A DNA stretch of 64,000 nt from a virus. Positions 62,390 through 64,000 of this stretch are shown here, one piece after another; positions within the stretch are counted from its first letter, which is position 1, and each line of letters starts with the position of its first letter. The stretch spans positions 1,023-65,022 of the IMG/VR virus record IMGVR_UViG_3300020202_000074. One strand, 5' to 3'. The notes below the pieces were generated by a model, which did not search any database, was not told where the DNA came from, and saw only the letters and a list, made by a program, of their open reading frames with translations. Position numbers and translations under genes: made by a program.

Positions 62390-62410
62390 CCATAAGGATA
62401 GGATCCGAAT

Positions 62411-63823
62411 ATGGAATCACAAAATAGTAAGGTCATCCTAGAGAGCCCCGAGCCGATGAAGGTGGCGCAATGGTTGCTGGACACCCGATTCACGGCCGAC
62501 GCCAGCGTCCCGGCGCTGGTGTACTTCAATGGGGAGTGGTGGGAGTGGTTCAAGGATCGCTGGCACGTCCGGGACCAGGAGTGGCTCCAGGACCAGGTCT
62601 ACCCCGCGCTGGAGGATGCCACGTATCTTCGGGAGACGCAACACGGCACCGTGAGAAAGCGGCTGAGTCCGACGCCGGAGCTGGTTCGGGGAGTCCTCCA
62701 GGCGCTGCGGTCGAAGGCACGGAGGGACTATCGAGAGACGCCCGTGTGGCTGAGGGGGCATCGGGAGAAGCCGTCGCCGGCGGATCAGGTGGCGTTCGAC
62801 AACTCGCTGTATGACCTAAAGACCGGGAAGCAGATGGTGCGGGACGCTACGTGGTTCGATCATCAAGTCCTCCCCGTGGAGCTGGACCCCAACGCGAAGT
62901 GCCCGTTGTGGCTGAAGTGCCTGGAGCAGTGGAGCTGTGGGGATGAGGACTGGAAGACCCTGCTTCAACGGTGGTTTGGGTACTGCCTGATGAACCACCG
63001 GAACTACGACAAGTGGCTGCTGATGTATGGGAAGAGCCGAGCGGGCAAGGGCGTCATCGCGAGGATGCTGAAGCGGCTGCTGGGGGAGACGGTGATGGTG
63101 AGCCGGTCTCTGGAGGACCTCAACGGGGAGTTCGGGCTTCAGGGACTACAGCGGGCGAGGGTGCTGAACCTGACAGAGCTCAATGAGCTGGACGCCAAGT
63201 CGGCGGGGCGGGTGGCAAGCATCATCAAGCGGGTGGTCGGGCGGGACCCCCAGCGGATCAACATCAAGCACGGCAAGGCGTTGGAGAACGTGATTATCAA
63301 CGCGGCGATCATGGTGCAGACCAACGAGATCCCCAAGCTACCAGATGTGCGTGGTGGGGTGTCGAACAAGATGCTGGTGCTCCCGTTCAACTGGAGCGCA
63401 TTGGATGCGGGGAACAAGCCGGATCCCGACCTCGACAACAAGCTGGCCGAGGAGTTGCAGGGCGTCGCCATGTGGGCTCTAGAGGGGGCGAAGGCGCTGG
63501 TGAGAGGAGAAGGGTGGCCGACGGTGGCATCGGCTGAGGCCGCGATGGAGGTGTATGAGTCGGAGAACAACATCTTCGACAGCTTCCTGAACGATCGGTG
63601 CGTCCGCAGCGAGGAGGGGTTCGTGGCCACGGCCCTGCTGTGGGAGGAGTGGCGGGACTGGTGCCGGAAGCATCAGGTGGAGACACGGGTGGATCGCATC
63701 CGGCTGCGGAGCCGGCTGATCGATGGATCGACGTGGGGCCTAAGGGCGACGGTACGAAACAATGGACGAACGAAGGGGCTTGTGGGATTGAGCCTCAAAA
63801 AGGAGGTCAACGATGCGGGGTAA
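62411..63823 (+). CDS. D5/P4-family SF3 helicase (primase-associated)
   Basis: VAFDNSLYDL D5_N-like; Walker A GKSRAGKG; LTELNE; QTNEIP; VLPFN. Confidence 0.85.
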   Translation: MESQNSKVILESPEPMKVAQWLLDTRFTADASVPALVYFNGEWWEWFKDRWHVRDQEWLQDQVYPALEDATYLRETQHGTVRKRLSPTPELVRGVLQALRSKARRDYRETPVWLRGHREKPSPADQVAFDNSLYDLKTGKQMVRDATWFDHQVLPVELDPNAKCPLWLKCLEQWSCGDEDWKTLLQRWFGYCLMNHRNYDKWLLMYGKSRAGKGVIARMLKRLLGETVMVSRSLEDLNGEFGLQGLQRARVLNLTELNELDAKSAGRVASIIKRVVGRDPQRINIKHGKALENVIINAAIMVQTNEIPKLPDVRGGVSNKMLVLPFNWSALDAGNKPDPDLDNKLAEELQGVAMWALEGAKALVRGEGWPTVASAEAAMEVYESENNIFDSFLNDRCVRSEEGFVATALLWEEWRDWCRKHQVETRVDRIRLRSRLIDGSTWGLRATVRNNGRTKGLVGLSLKKEVNDAG

Positions 63824-63986
63824 GGGGGCGTGGTGGGAGGACCGTTACAGCTACGAGAAGGAGGACATGGGTCGGGAGGAGCTGGAACGGCGATTCGGGA
63901 CGTGCGAGGAGTGCAACAGGGCGAGGTGGCTGGTGGAGGGGGACCTGTGCGCCGACTGCCTCACGAGCCTGGATGAGGAGGAATGA
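63813..63986 (+). CDS. small CxxC-CxxC protein (not in ORF track)
   Basis: SD AAGGAGG; CEEC..CADC. Confidence 0.65.
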   Translation: MRGKGAWWEDRYSYEKEDMGREELERRFGTCEECNRARWLVEGDLCADCLTSLDEEE

Positions 63987-64000
63987 GCGTGGAGGGGATG

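Noticed and set aside
1-64000. Stop-codon reassignment
   Set aside because: Terminase, portal, polymerase and capsid are full length under the standard code

Overview
The window looks like most or all of a GC-rich tailed dsDNA phage genome with podovirus-like gene order. The host is unknown, and I recognised no integrase or endolysin. The + strand (1-33 kb and 62.4-64 kb) carries small early genes, a complete ubiquitin-like conjugation cassette (Ubl, E2-like, JAB, E1/ThiF), UDG, a methyltransferase, family A DNA polymerase, an ERCC4 nuclease, a PD-(D/E)XK/AAA/SSB-like recombination module and a D5-like helicase. The - strand (33-62.4 kb) carries terminase, portal, probable scaffold and capsid, adaptor, a collagen-like fibre, tail and ejection proteins, and glycosyltransferases. 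Five things stand out. (1) A phage-encoded Ubl-E2-JAB-E1 operon is punctuated by tRNA-like RNAs. (2) Five tRNA-shaped elements keep acceptor and T arms but have damaged anticodon arms and/or expanded or reduced D arms. (3) Two apparently real genes are overprinted inside the DNA polymerase ORF. (4) A 13-bp asymmetric motif, WTCCCCACCACCA, occurs at least 15 times on both strands and in several reading frames. (5) Ser-rich patches recur in virion proteins encoded next to glycosyltransferases. All assignments come from reading motifs by eye; no searches were run.
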